Of a stretch of 63,312 bases of DNA, positions 8,276-18,986 are shown in pieces. The notes below the pieces were generated by a model that was given only the letters and a program-made list of their open reading frames with translations, did not search any database and was not told the origin of the DNA. The stretch lies in assembly GCA_034660175.1 (NCBI GenBank), contig JAYEIQ010000018.1, positions 1 through 63,312 of the forward strand, read 5' to 3'. Position 1 is the first letter of the stretch, and each line of letters starts with the position of its first letter. Origin of the DNA: Patescibacteria group bacterium (GTDB lineage: Bacteria; Patescibacteriota; Minisyncoccia; Moranbacterales; DUUL01). The translations under genes and the position numbers were made by a program.

Positions 8276-8878
8276 ATGTCAAAAGTATCTAAAAAGATAA
8301 TAAAATTACTTGAAGAAAACAAAATTAAGCACGATGTTATTGAGCACAAAACAACGTATACTGCGTTTGACACTGCAGCAACTAACGTAAAAAACAAGAT
8401 AAAGCCAGAAGAGATCGTAAAAACACTTGTCATGAAGGTTGATAAAGAATATGTCTTAGCATTAATGCCTTCGAATAAAATGCTTGATAAGATGAAACTC
8501 AAGAGGTTGATTAATGATCAAATTAAAAAGGAGAAAAAAAACCTAACGATGCAAGCAAAAAAGGCTGTGGGGGATGTAGAGAAGAAAGAGCTTGAAAAGC
8601 AAGCAAAAAATCTTTTGGCTGTCAAAAAAATAGATTTTGCCAAAGAGGTTTGGATGAAAAAGAATATCATGGGCAATATTGGTGCTGTTCCGCCATTTTC
8701 CTCATTGACGAAATTGAAAATATTTGTTGATGGTTCGCTTCTTCGTCAAAAACAACTTTATTTAGGTTCTGGTGAATATGAATTTTCGATCAAAGTTACA
8801 CCTGCACAATATCAAAAACTTGAGAAAGATTTTGTGAAAGGAAATATCAACGTGGCTATGAAGAAGAAAAAGAAATAA
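8276..8878 (+). CDS. YbaK/ProX-type aminoacyl-tRNA editing (deacylase) domain protein with a Lys/Glu-rich insertion
   Basis: The pattern is ...HDVIEHKTTYTAFD...IVKTLVMKVDKEYVLALMPSNKMLD...GAVPPF...IFVDGSL...LYLGSGE. A roughly 35-aa K/E-rich insert (QIKKEKKNLTMQAKKAVGDVEKKELEKQAKNLL) is present. Confidence 0.65.
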   Translation: MSKVSKKIIKLLEENKIKHDVIEHKTTYTAFDTAATNVKNKIKPEEIVKTLVMKVDKEYVLALMPSNKMLDKMKLKRLINDQIKKEKKNLTMQAKKAVGDVEKKELEKQAKNLLAVKKIDFAKEVWMKKNIMGNIGAVPPFSSLTKLKIFVDGSLLRQKQLYLGSGEYEFSIKVTPAQYQKLEKDFVKGNINVAMKKKKK

Positions 8879-8891
8879 TATAGAAAGTGAA

Positions 8892-9614
8892 ATGTTTCAG
8901 GTTAAAACAAAGCAATTTGAAGGACCATTGCATCTGCTCTTGGAGCTGATCGAAAATCAGAAACTTGATATAACTCGAGTTTCTTTGACTCATGTGGCGG
9001 ATGACTTTCTTGCTCATATTGAAAAGGAGAAGGGAATTGGCTTGGGAAGTCTGAGTGAATTTTTGCTCATCTCCTCTCAGCTTATTTTGCTCAAATCGAA
9101 AGCGCTATTGCCTATTTTTGAATTCACTCAAGAGGAAGAAGAGGATTTGGAAGATCTTCAGCAGCGACTAATCGAATATCAAAAGTTCCAGAAGATTTCT
9201 GAGGAAATTGGCAAAGCAAGAGAATTGAATAAGATTAGTTTCTCCAGGGACGAAGAAAGAACATTTTTATCTGTTTTCATTCCCCAGGACATTTCTTCGA
9301 AATATTTGAACGAGGTTTATGTGAATATTCTTCAGGAGGTTCCGGCTAAGGAGGATCTGGCCGAGCATGTAATGGAGGAGGTTGTAAGTTTAGAAGAAAA
9401 AATTGTTCAGCTCAAGGACACAATTGAAAAGAGGATGAAGATCGCGTTTCATGAAACTGTTGAGCAAGCAGAAAGCAAGGTTGATGTTGTTGTAACTTTT
9501 TTGGCAATGCTTGAAATGATCAAGCAGAGAATTGTTTCGGTTCAGCAATCTGAGATGTTTGGGGAAATTATCATAAAGAAAAACACAATAAAAGAAAAAA
9601 CACATGGAAGATAA
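8892..9614 (+). CDS. scpA: Segregation and condensation protein A
   Basis: N-terminus FEGPLHLLLELIENQKLDITRVSLTHVADDFL. It overlaps the next gene (scpB) by 11 nt. Confidence 0.88.
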   Translation: MFQVKTKQFEGPLHLLLELIENQKLDITRVSLTHVADDFLAHIEKEKGIGLGSLSEFLLISSQLILLKSKALLPIFEFTQEEEEDLEDLQQRLIEYQKFQKISEEIGKARELNKISFSRDEERTFLSVFIPQDISSKYLNEVYVNILQEVPAKEDLAEHVMEEVVSLEEKIVQLKDTIEKRMKIAFHETVEQAESKVDVVVTFLAMLEMIKQRIVSVQQSEMFGEIIIKKNTIKEKTHGR

Positions 9615-10164
9615 CAATAGATCGAAAGTGGAAGCAATTTTGTTTGTAGCGGGTGATCCTGTTGGTGTTCCAAAATTGGCCAAATTTCTGAAATTGTCAG
9701 TTTTTGATCTCAACAATATAATTGAGGAGTTGGAGGAATTTTATGAGCAACAATATTCAGGTCTTCAAGTTATTTACAAAAAAAACACAATACAGTTGGT
9801 TTCACGCAGTGAATATGGAGAATTAGTGGCGAAATTTTTGAAAAAGAGTTTCAACGAGCCGCTTTCAAAGGCTTCACTTGAAGTTTTAAGTGTTATTGCA
9901 TATCGTGGTCCTGTGACGCGAGCTCAAATTGAACATATTCGTGGTGTGAATTGTAGCTTCACCATTCGCAATCTTGCGATACGTGGTTTAGTTGACCGAA
10001 GTGATAATTCTGCTGATAGCAGATCTTATTTGTATGAGGCAAGTTGTGATTTTATAAAAAGTATTGGATTGAAAAGCTTGAAGGACTTGCCGGACTATGA
10101 TAACTTGCACATTCAAGAAGATGTCATAAAAGCAGATAAAGTAGAGAAAAAAAAGAATGAATAA
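9604..10164 (+). CDS. scpB: Segregation and condensation protein B
   Basis: VEAILFVAGDPV...LSKASLEVLSVIAYRGPVTRAQIEHIRGV. Confidence 0.88.
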   Translation: MEDNNRSKVEAILFVAGDPVGVPKLAKFLKLSVFDLNNIIEELEEFYEQQYSGLQVIYKKNTIQLVSRSEYGELVAKFLKKSFNEPLSKASLEVLSVIAYRGPVTRAQIEHIRGVNCSFTIRNLAIRGLVDRSDNSADSRSYLYEASCDFIKSIGLKSLKDLPDYDNLHIQEDVIKADKVEKKKNE

Positions 10165-11251
10165 GTCATTTATTATCAACATTATTAGCGTTATGGTTAT
10201 TTTGCTCTCGGTTTCAGCGTGGTATTTTTTGCTTCCGGGTTTTTTGAGTCAACACACAGGAGCTGACGTTTTGAATTCTACAAAAGAGAAAGTCATAGTT
10301 GGAGGAGTGAAAACTGCCAACAATAATGAGGTGGGTCTACCAGAAAAGAGTGTTACTTTTGGTGAGCTACTTTCTTTTCAACCTGATGCCCCAGTGCGCA
10401 ATGAGTCAGTCGGAGAAACATACATGAGAGCTAGTAGCGCTATCGCAATTGATGCACACACTGGTACCATTCTTCACTATCAAGATGGAAAAAGAAGAAT
10501 GGCAATTGCCTCTTTAACAAAAGTGATGACTGCTGTGATAGCGATTGAGCATATTAAAGACCTCGAAAAAGAAATAGTGACGATAGAACAGGAGGCTTTT
10601 TTAACAGCAGGGACAAAGGTTGGTTGTCCAAGTAGTGATTATTGTATTTCGAATCGTTTGCGGGTTGGTGAGGAGGTAACCGCAAAAAACCTTTTTGATT
10701 CAATGTTGATTGGAAGTGCCAATGATGCTGCAGTGTCTCTTGCATTGCACATTGCAGGTTCACAAAAAGATTTTGCAAACTTGATGAATGATAAAGCCAG
10801 GGAGATTGGTTTGATAGACACCAACTTTTGCAATCCTTCAGGTTTAGACGAGGATGATAATTTGGATGGTTGCTACTCCACAGCTTATGATCTTGCAAGG
10901 ATAACAGCATATTCGATGCAACATGATGTGATTTGGGAGACAATGAAGTTTAAGGAGAAAGAGTTCATTTCTCAGGATGGCATTACAAGTCATAGAATTG
11001 TGAGTACTGATATTTTATTGGATCAATTGCCTAATTGTCTAGGTGGTAAAACTGGATTTACATATGAGGCTGGAAGATCATTGATGATGGTAGCTCATCA
11101 TCCAGTTCGAAGGGATCATAAAGTGATTGTTGTAGTTCTCGATGATAATTACCGTTGGGCTGACATGAAGATCATGTTTGATTGGATTTTTAATGCTTAT
11201 AGTTGGCCTTCAGGAAGAATTGTGAATGGTGATGATCCAACAGGACGCTAA
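10157..11251 (+). CDS. D-alanyl-D-alanine carboxypeptidase (serine peptidase S11 family)
   Basis: SxxK (ASLTKVM), SxN (SANDAA) and KTG (GKTGFT) motifs occur in the correct order. There is an N-terminal TM anchor. Confidence 0.85.
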   Translation: MNKSFIINIISVMVILLSVSAWYFLLPGFLSQHTGADVLNSTKEKVIVGGVKTANNNEVGLPEKSVTFGELLSFQPDAPVRNESVGETYMRASSAIAIDAHTGTILHYQDGKRRMAIASLTKVMTAVIAIEHIKDLEKEIVTIEQEAFLTAGTKVGCPSSDYCISNRLRVGEEVTAKNLFDSMLIGSANDAAVSLALHIAGSQKDFANLMNDKAREIGLIDTNFCNPSGLDEDDNLDGCYSTAYDLARITAYSMQHDVIWETMKFKEKEFISQDGITSHRIVSTDILLDQLPNCLGGKTGFTYEAGRSLMMVAHHPVRRDHKVIVVVLDDNYRWADMKIMFDWIFNAYSWPSGRIVNGDDPTGR

Positions 11252-11269
11252 ATAACTTTTAACTAAAAA

Positions 11270-12370
11270 TTGATGCAACTTGCCCAAATTCAAACGATCC
11301 CAGAAGTTCTTGCGGTTGCTAAGGTTATATTACTTAGTGTTTTTTCGTTTAGCTTAGCAATGATGTTCACGCCTATTCTTGCACACTTTTTGTACAAATA
11401 TAAGATTGGTGTTCGAATCAAGCGAACAAGTGTTGATGGAGACAAGCTTTCTTTTGTGAATAAACTTCATTCCCACAAAGTAGGAACTCCAACTATGGGT
11501 GGAATTTTGGTGTGGGGAACAACATTGATCATCGCAGCGCTGATGAGTTCTGTTGCACCTTTTTTCTCAGAAAAACTTGAGTGCGTTTGGATTAGCAGGC
11601 TTGATTTCTTAAGTAGAAGTCAGACTTGGCTTCCCATGTTTGCGCTCATGTCAACGGCTGTTCTGGGGCTTGTTGATGACATCATGAGTGTTCGTGGTAT
11701 CGGTACGAACAAGGGTGGAGGAATGCGCTTTGCTTGGAGGCTCGTGTGGCTTTTGGCAATAGCATCTTTGGTTGCATGGTGGTTCTATTCAAAGCTTGGT
11801 TGGGATGTTATTCATGTTCCCGCAGTTGGAAATTTTGAGATAGGTCTTTGGTATTTGCCCTTATTTGTTTTTGTTATTGTTGCGACTGCTGTGTCATCAA
11901 ATGAAACAGATGGACTGGATGGATTGAATGCTGGAATTCTAGTCCAAGCTTTTTCTGCATTTGCAGTGATTGCATTTCTTCAACAAAGAATGGATCTAGC
12001 AGCTTTTTGCGGAATTATTGCAGGAGCATTATTGGCTTTCATGTGGTTTAATTTCTATCCGGCAAGATTTTTTATGGGGGATACAGGTGCTATATCTTTG
12101 GGTACAACGCTTGGTGTTGTGGCTTTTTTGACGAACTCAGTTTTGGTGCTTCCTTTTTTGGTAAGTATTTATGTTTTTGAGTCTATTTCTGTCATTGTTC
12201 AACTTTTCTCAAAAAAAGTATTTAAAAAGAAAATTTTTTTAGCTGCTCCACTGCATCATCATTTTGAAGCAAGGGGATGGCCGGAAACAAAAGTGACCGT
12301 TCGATTTTGGATAATCAACTTGGCAATTGGTATGGTTGGCTTGCTTGTAGGAATTTTGGGGGCAGGATGA
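11270..12370 (+). CDS. mraY: Phospho-N-acetylmuramoyl-pentapeptide transferase
   Basis: VDDIMSV, NETDGLDGL, FNFYPARFFMGDTGA and APLHHHFE. Confidence 0.93.
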   Translation: MMQLAQIQTIPEVLAVAKVILLSVFSFSLAMMFTPILAHFLYKYKIGVRIKRTSVDGDKLSFVNKLHSHKVGTPTMGGILVWGTTLIIAALMSSVAPFFSEKLECVWISRLDFLSRSQTWLPMFALMSTAVLGLVDDIMSVRGIGTNKGGGMRFAWRLVWLLAIASLVAWWFYSKLGWDVIHVPAVGNFEIGLWYLPLFVFVIVATAVSSNETDGLDGLNAGILVQAFSAFAVIAFLQQRMDLAAFCGIIAGALLAFMWFNFYPARFFMGDTGAISLGTTLGVVAFLTNSVLVLPFLVSIYVFESISVIVQLFSKKVFKKKIFLAAPLHHHFEARGWPETKVTVRFWIINLAIGMVGLLVGILGAG

Positions 12371-12457
12371 GAACCTGTTATACGTAATTCAAAAAATATT
12401 TTTCTTAAATATAATGAATTTATAAATTTGTTACCTTTTAACTTTTAACAAAACAGT

Positions 12458-12928
12458 ATGGAAACACAAGTTACAAAAACATTAGATCAAAACGGTGTGC
12501 AATATAAAATTAAGCAACACCAAGATGAAGTATTGACATGCGAACTAGACGCTAAAGAAAGAGGCTGCAGGATTTTCCGAATCGTTAAAACAATGGTCGG
12601 AAAAGAGGATTAAGGGAGTTATCATGTTTGCCTTATTCCTGGAAATAAAATGTTAAAGATTAAAAAAGTCCGTAAAGAAGCTGGTGTAATAAAGATTGAT
12701 TTGGTAGATCTTGACGATATTGCAAAAGAACTTAATTTAATCGTTGGAGTAATGTTGTCATTTGTGTTTCCAGAATGTACAAAATTCTACATTGATCTCA
12801 CTGTTTTGAACGAAGAATATATCGATATAAGTTCTAGTGATTTGTTGGCTGGTATTGAACTTTTATCAAAAGATCTAGTTGCAATTATAGATGCTAAAGT
12901 TTGTGATATAATCTCCGCAAATTCATAA
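12458..12928 (+). pseudogene. Second YbaK/ProX-like deacylase gene interrupted by an in-frame TAA at 12611-12613
   Basis: The ATG at 12458 and the ATG at 12650 are in the same frame (192 nt apart). The read-through translation is ...CRIFRIVKTMVGKED*GSYHVCLIPGNKMLKIKKVRKEAG...IVGVMLSF...FYIDLTVL...AKVCDI. This follows the YbaK pattern and parallels 8276-8878. Confidence 0.6.
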
Positions 12929-13055
12929 ATTCAAATAAGGATGAAAATTTTCTTGAAATACGCTAAAGCCATGTTGCACTCTCGTTCCGCAAAGCTCCGT
13001 TCGGGTCAGACAACACAGCATATGCGGTTTACTCGTTGTACTTCATTCTCCCATA

Positions 13056-13096
13056 TTCCGCTACAAATATTTATAGTAATATAGGATGTAGCGGAA
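13056..13096. promoter_or_regulatory. Perfect 10-bp inverted repeat bracketing an AT-rich -10-like segment upstream of the GT2 gene
   Basis: TTCCGCTACA (13056-13065) and TGTAGCGGAA (13087-13096) flank a loop containing TATAGTAAT. A third TTCCGC lies at 12985-12990. Confidence 0.35.
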
Positions 13097-13139
13097 CATC
13101 ACACATACTAAATGTTAAGAGTTAAATATTTTTAGAAAA

Positions 13140-14084
13140 ATGAGCTCCAGAGAAAAAAAAATATCAATAATTGTGCCTTTGCACAACGAGGAGGGTAATG
13201 TTGAGAAACTGCACAAAGAGATCTTTGACTCGGCCAAGCAGAATAATTTTTCTGTTGAATTGATTCTTGTCAATGATGCAAGTACAGATGACACTCTCGA
13301 GATTGCAAAAAGGTTGCATCCGGTGAAGATCATCAATTTCAGAGGATGGTTTGGTCAGACTGCAGCAATGGATGCAGGGATCAAAGCAGCTAGCGGTGAG
13401 ATAATTGTTACCATGGATGGTGATTTGCAAAATGATCCACGTGATATTCCACGTCTTCTCGAAAAGATGGACGATGGATTTGACGTTGTTTCTGGGTGGA
13501 GGAAAAACAGGCAAGATGCATTCAGTAAAAAAATCCTTTCACTAGGCGCAGACAAACTCCGAAAGATCTTAGTTAATGACCAGATCAATGATAGTGGGTG
13601 CACTCTCAAAGCGTTCAAAAAAGAGTGTTTCAAAGGGGTTGATTTGTATGGAGAGATGCACAGATTCATTCCAGCTTTACTTAAAGTTAAGGGCTATAGA
13701 ATAGCTGAAGTCGTTGTGAATCACAGAGAAAGAACAGCGGGGCAGACAAAATATGATTGGAAAAGGCTTTTGAAGGGACTTCTTGATCTGACCTCAGTTT
13801 GGTTTTGGCGCAAATTTTCAAATAGACCGCTACATCTTTTTGGTGGTTTGGGTTTTTTGATGAGTTCTGCCGGTACAGTCCTGCTACTTTGGATGGTTTT
13901 TGAGAAAGTTTTCTTCCGAACACCAATCAGCAATCGAATTTGGCCAATGATGGGTGTTTTATTGATCATCCTTGGTTTTCAGTTTTTTGTTTCTGGGCTG
14001 TTGGCTGATATTCTAATTAAGACATATTATCAAACAAAAAAAGAGAAAAATTACTCGATAAAAGAGGTTATTGAAAATGAATAA
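13140..14084 (+). CDS. Family 2 glycosyltransferase, GtrB/polyprenyl-phosphate glycosyltransferase-like, with two C-terminal TM helices
   Basis: IIVPLHNEEGNV...LILVNDASTDDT...DGDLQNDP (DXD), then two hydrophobic helices near the C-terminus. Confidence 0.85.
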   Translation: MSSREKKISIIVPLHNEEGNVEKLHKEIFDSAKQNNFSVELILVNDASTDDTLEIAKRLHPVKIINFRGWFGQTAAMDAGIKAASGEIIVTMDGDLQNDPRDIPRLLEKMDDGFDVVSGWRKNRQDAFSKKILSLGADKLRKILVNDQINDSGCTLKAFKKECFKGVDLYGEMHRFIPALLKVKGYRIAEVVVNHRERTAGQTKYDWKRLLKGLLDLTSVWFWRKFSNRPLHLFGGLGFLMSSAGTVLLLWMVFEKVFFRTPISNRIWPMMGVLLIILGFQFFVSGLLADILIKTYYQTKKEKNYSIKEVIENE

Positions 14085-14202
14085 TTTGATAAATTAGTGC
14101 TCGAATATTGTTTACTTTCAAGGGTTTTTGCGCTATAATGAAGAAGTGAAAGAAGTACAAAAAAGTAGCAAAATAATAGTAAATTATTAATATTCAAACA
14201 GC

Positions 14203-14589
14203 GTGACAACAAATGCTTTTCGCTGGGGAATGTGGCTTGTTTTGTTGGCAGGTCTGGCTGTAGTTGGAGCAGTGATCACATCATTTTCTCCATATCAAAA
14301 TCAAGGAAGTCTTGAAAGAAACTTTAAGAACATTGCACTTTTCTATTTCAGTTTATCGGTTTTTTTGACGGGATTTTTCTCATTGTTTCTTTTTTGGATA
14401 AAAAAAGGATCAACTTCAGACGAGTTGATGAATGTTCATATGGGTGTTTCATTCAGACAAGGTCTGTTTTTGTCAATTATTGTGATTGTGATATTGATTT
14501 TGCAGAGCTTCAGAGTGCTTACTTGGTGGGATGGGTTGTTGGCTGTTGGTGCTGTGCTGATGATCGAACTCTATTTTTTAGCTAGATAG
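14203..14589 (+). CDS. Small integral membrane protein, hypothetical
   Basis: 128 aa with four hydrophobic segments and a GTG start. Confidence 0.55.
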   Translation: MTTNAFRWGMWLVLLAGLAVVGAVITSFSPYQNQGSLERNFKNIALFYFSLSVFLTGFFSLFLFWIKKGSTSDELMNVHMGVSFRQGLFLSIIVIVILILQSFRVLTWWDGLLAVGAVLMIELYFLAR

Positions 14590-14611
14590 TAAAATTGGAT
14601 AAGAATAATAA

Positions 14612-16636
<2,025 letters not shown>

Positions 16637-16717
16637 AAAACTTGCAATGCGATATTCAAGAAGAATGATGAATTAAGATCTGTAAAATATATATGGATGA
16701 GAGTTGGAAAAGAGTAG

Positions 16718-17101
16718 GTGTTTGGGGTTGGGGTAATGTTGTTGAAAGATAGAAAAATTCTGCTTGGCAGAAGACATGCTAATCCCCAGAAGGCGGATTC
16801 AGAACTTTACGGGGAAGACTCATGGACAATGTCTGGAGGAAAGGTTAACTTCGGGGACAGTCTCAAGGTCTCTCTTGTGAGGGAAGTTTCAGAAGAGACT
16901 TCATTGCAAGTTGCAGAAGATGATTTGAAATTGATCAGTGTGAGTGATGATATTGTCGAAGATGCTCATTTTGTGACAATTGGATTTTTGTGTGAAATAT
17001 TTCAAGGAGAACCAAAAGTAATGGAACCAGATGAAATAGTTGAATGGAAGTGGTTTTCTGTTGATGATTTGCCTTGGCCGATGTTTTTTCTTTCGGAATA
17101 A
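16718..17101 (+). CDS. NUDIX hydrolase
   Basis: The Nudix box reads GGKVNFGDSLKVSLVREVSEETSL. The start is GTG. An upstream ATG at 16693 is out of frame by 1 nt (see the rejected items). Confidence 0.8.
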   Translation: MFGVGVMLLKDRKILLGRRHANPQKADSELYGEDSWTMSGGKVNFGDSLKVSLVREVSEETSLQVAEDDLKLISVSDDIVEDAHFVTIGFLCEIFQGEPKVMEPDEIVEWKWFSVDDLPWPMFFLSE

Positions 17102-17152
17102 ATTGTGAAATTTTTTTAAAAGGAGTTGTATACGAATAGTAATTATATGTGT

Positions 17153-17171
17153 GTGCATATGCACGTACGTG
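17153..17171. promoter_or_regulatory. Overlapping perfect palindromes upstream of gap (candidate operator)
   Basis: GTGCATATGCAC (17153-17164) overlaps CACGTACGTG (17162-17171). TATAAATATAAAAT and the gap start at 17199 follow. Confidence 0.3.
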
Positions 17172-17198
17172 ATATAAATATAAAATTTAAGAAAAAAA

Positions 17199-18197
17199 AT
17201 GAAAATAGCCATTAATGGTTTCGGTCGAATTGGTCGACCTGTGTTGAAAATAGCTCTTGAAAATCCTGAAATCGAAGTTGTTGCCATCAATGATCTGGGT
17301 GATATTAATTGTCTTGCATATTTGCTAAAATATGACACTGCATATGGCGTTTATTCTGAAAACGTAGAAGCAGAAGAAGGAAAATTGACGGTTGGTAACA
17401 AAGAGATTAAAGTTTTCTCGGAAATGGAACCAGCCAAGCTTCCTTGGAAGGAATTGGAAGTTGATGTTGTTGTGGAGTGTACAGGTGTTTTTAAAGATAG
17501 AGAGGGTGCAAATGGTCATATTGAGGCAGGTGCTCGAAAGGTTGTGATTTCAGCTCCAACCAAAGATGAAAGCGTGAAAACGATTGTAATTGGATGTAAT
17601 GAGGATGAGGTTGCTAGTGATGATGATATTTTGTCTATGGCATCTTGTACTACGAATTGTATTGCTCCAATGACAAAAGTTCTTGATGATGAATTTGGAA
17701 TTGAGAAATCTTTAATGAGCACGATTCACAGTTATACATCAACACAAGCACTGGTTGATAGTCCTGCCAAAAAAGACGTGAGGAGAGGAAGGGCCGCTGC
17801 ACAGAACATTGTTCCATCAACAACGGGTGCTGCTATTGCTGCAGCGAAGACATTGCCACAATTGCAAAATATTTTTGATGGAATGGCTTTTCGCGTACCG
17901 ACCTTGGTTGGTTCAGTTAGTGATGTGGTTGCTCTTTTGAAGCATGATGTGGCTGTGGAGGATTTAAATGAAGCATTCAAGAATGTGGCAAGTGGTGAGA
18001 TGAAAGATGTGATGGAAACTACTGAAGAGTCTCTTGTTTCTCATGATATTGTTGGTAATCCTCATTCTTGTATTGTGGACTTAACTCTGACAAAAGTTGT
18101 TGACGGCAATCTTGTTAAAGTAGTTGGTTGGTATGACAATGAATGGGGATATTCAAATAGACTTATTCAGTTGGCTGAATTGGTTGCTCAGAAATAA
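17199..18197 (+). CDS. gap: Glyceraldehyde-3-phosphate dehydrogenase, type I
   Basis: INGFGRIGR, the active site SCTTNC, and WYDNEWGYS. Confidence 0.96.
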   Translation: MKIAINGFGRIGRPVLKIALENPEIEVVAINDLGDINCLAYLLKYDTAYGVYSENVEAEEGKLTVGNKEIKVFSEMEPAKLPWKELEVDVVVECTGVFKDREGANGHIEAGARKVVISAPTKDESVKTIVIGCNEDEVASDDDILSMASCTTNCIAPMTKVLDDEFGIEKSLMSTIHSYTSTQALVDSPAKKDVRRGRAAAQNIVPSTTGAAIAAAKTLPQLQNIFDGMAFRVPTLVGSVSDVVALLKHDVAVEDLNEAFKNVASGEMKDVMETTEESLVSHDIVGNPHSCIVDLTLTKVVDGNLVKVVGWYDNEWGYSNRLIQLAELVAQK

Positions 18198-18205
18198 ATA
18201 CGTAT

Positions 18206-18976
18206 ATGATTGGAGTTTTTGACAGTGGAATTGGAGGATTGACTGTGGTTAAGGAGCTCAGACGGTTTGTGCCCAGTCAGTCAATTTTATATTTTGGTGA
18301 CACTGCTAGAGTTCCTTGGGGCAACAAGAGCCCAGAGATTGTTAGAAGGTATTGTGATGAAATTTGTGAATTTTTAATCTCAAACAATATTTCTGAGATT
18401 GTGATTGCGTGTAACACCGCATCAGCTGTTGCCACTGATCATTTGAAAGATAAATTTCGTGGTGTAGAAATTCACAATATTATAGATCCTTGTGTTGAAG
18501 TGGTAAACGAAAAACAATTTGAAAAAATTGGGATTATTGGAACAAGGGGGACAATTTCATCAGGTGTATATGAAGAAAAGATCAAGAAATTAAACAAGGG
18601 GCAAAAGGTTTTTTCAACAGAATGTCCACTCTTTGTTCCTCTAGCTGAAGAGGGATGGGAGAGTGAAGATATTTCTTTGCGAATTGCGAAAAAATATCTC
18701 AGTCCTCTAAAAGAAACAAATATTGATGCGCTGATATTGGGATGTACACACTATCCACTTTTAGAAAGTGTGATCAGAAGAGCAATTGGTGACGGAGTTG
18801 AAATTATTAGTTCTGCTGTGGAGATTGCAAAGAAAATGTCGGTGCATGGGAAGACAGAAAAGAACACTTCCCAAGATCGTTTTTGTTTTTCGGACGTTGA
18901 TGAACACAGCAAGAAAATAGCAAACAGAATATTTCATGGGAAACTTTTTATGGAAGAAGTGATTTTGCACAAATAA
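18206..18976 (+). CDS. murI: Glutamate racemase
   Basis: IGVFDSGIGGLTV, ACNTAS and GCTHYP. Confidence 0.93.
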   Translation: MIGVFDSGIGGLTVVKELRRFVPSQSILYFGDTARVPWGNKSPEIVRRYCDEICEFLISNNISEIVIACNTASAVATDHLKDKFRGVEIHNIIDPCVEVVNEKQFEKIGIIGTRGTISSGVYEEKIKKLNKGQKVFSTECPLFVPLAEEGWESEDISLRIAKKYLSPLKETNIDALILGCTHYPLLESVIRRAIGDGVEIISSAVEIAKKMSVHGKTEKNTSQDRFCFSDVDEHSKKIANRIFHGKLFMEEVILHK

Positions 18977-18986
18977 TCAAAAAAAG

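Noticed and set aside
16693-16740. A frameshifted N-terminus of the NUDIX gene (ATG at 16693 gives MDESWKRVGV... in the +1 frame relative to the annotated ORF)
   Set aside because: Removing one T from GTTTGGGG would give the typical ...RVGVGVGVMLL start. However, the GTG at 16718 already yields an essentially full-length Nudix protein. This may be a homopolymer error or chance and does not warrant a pseudogene call.
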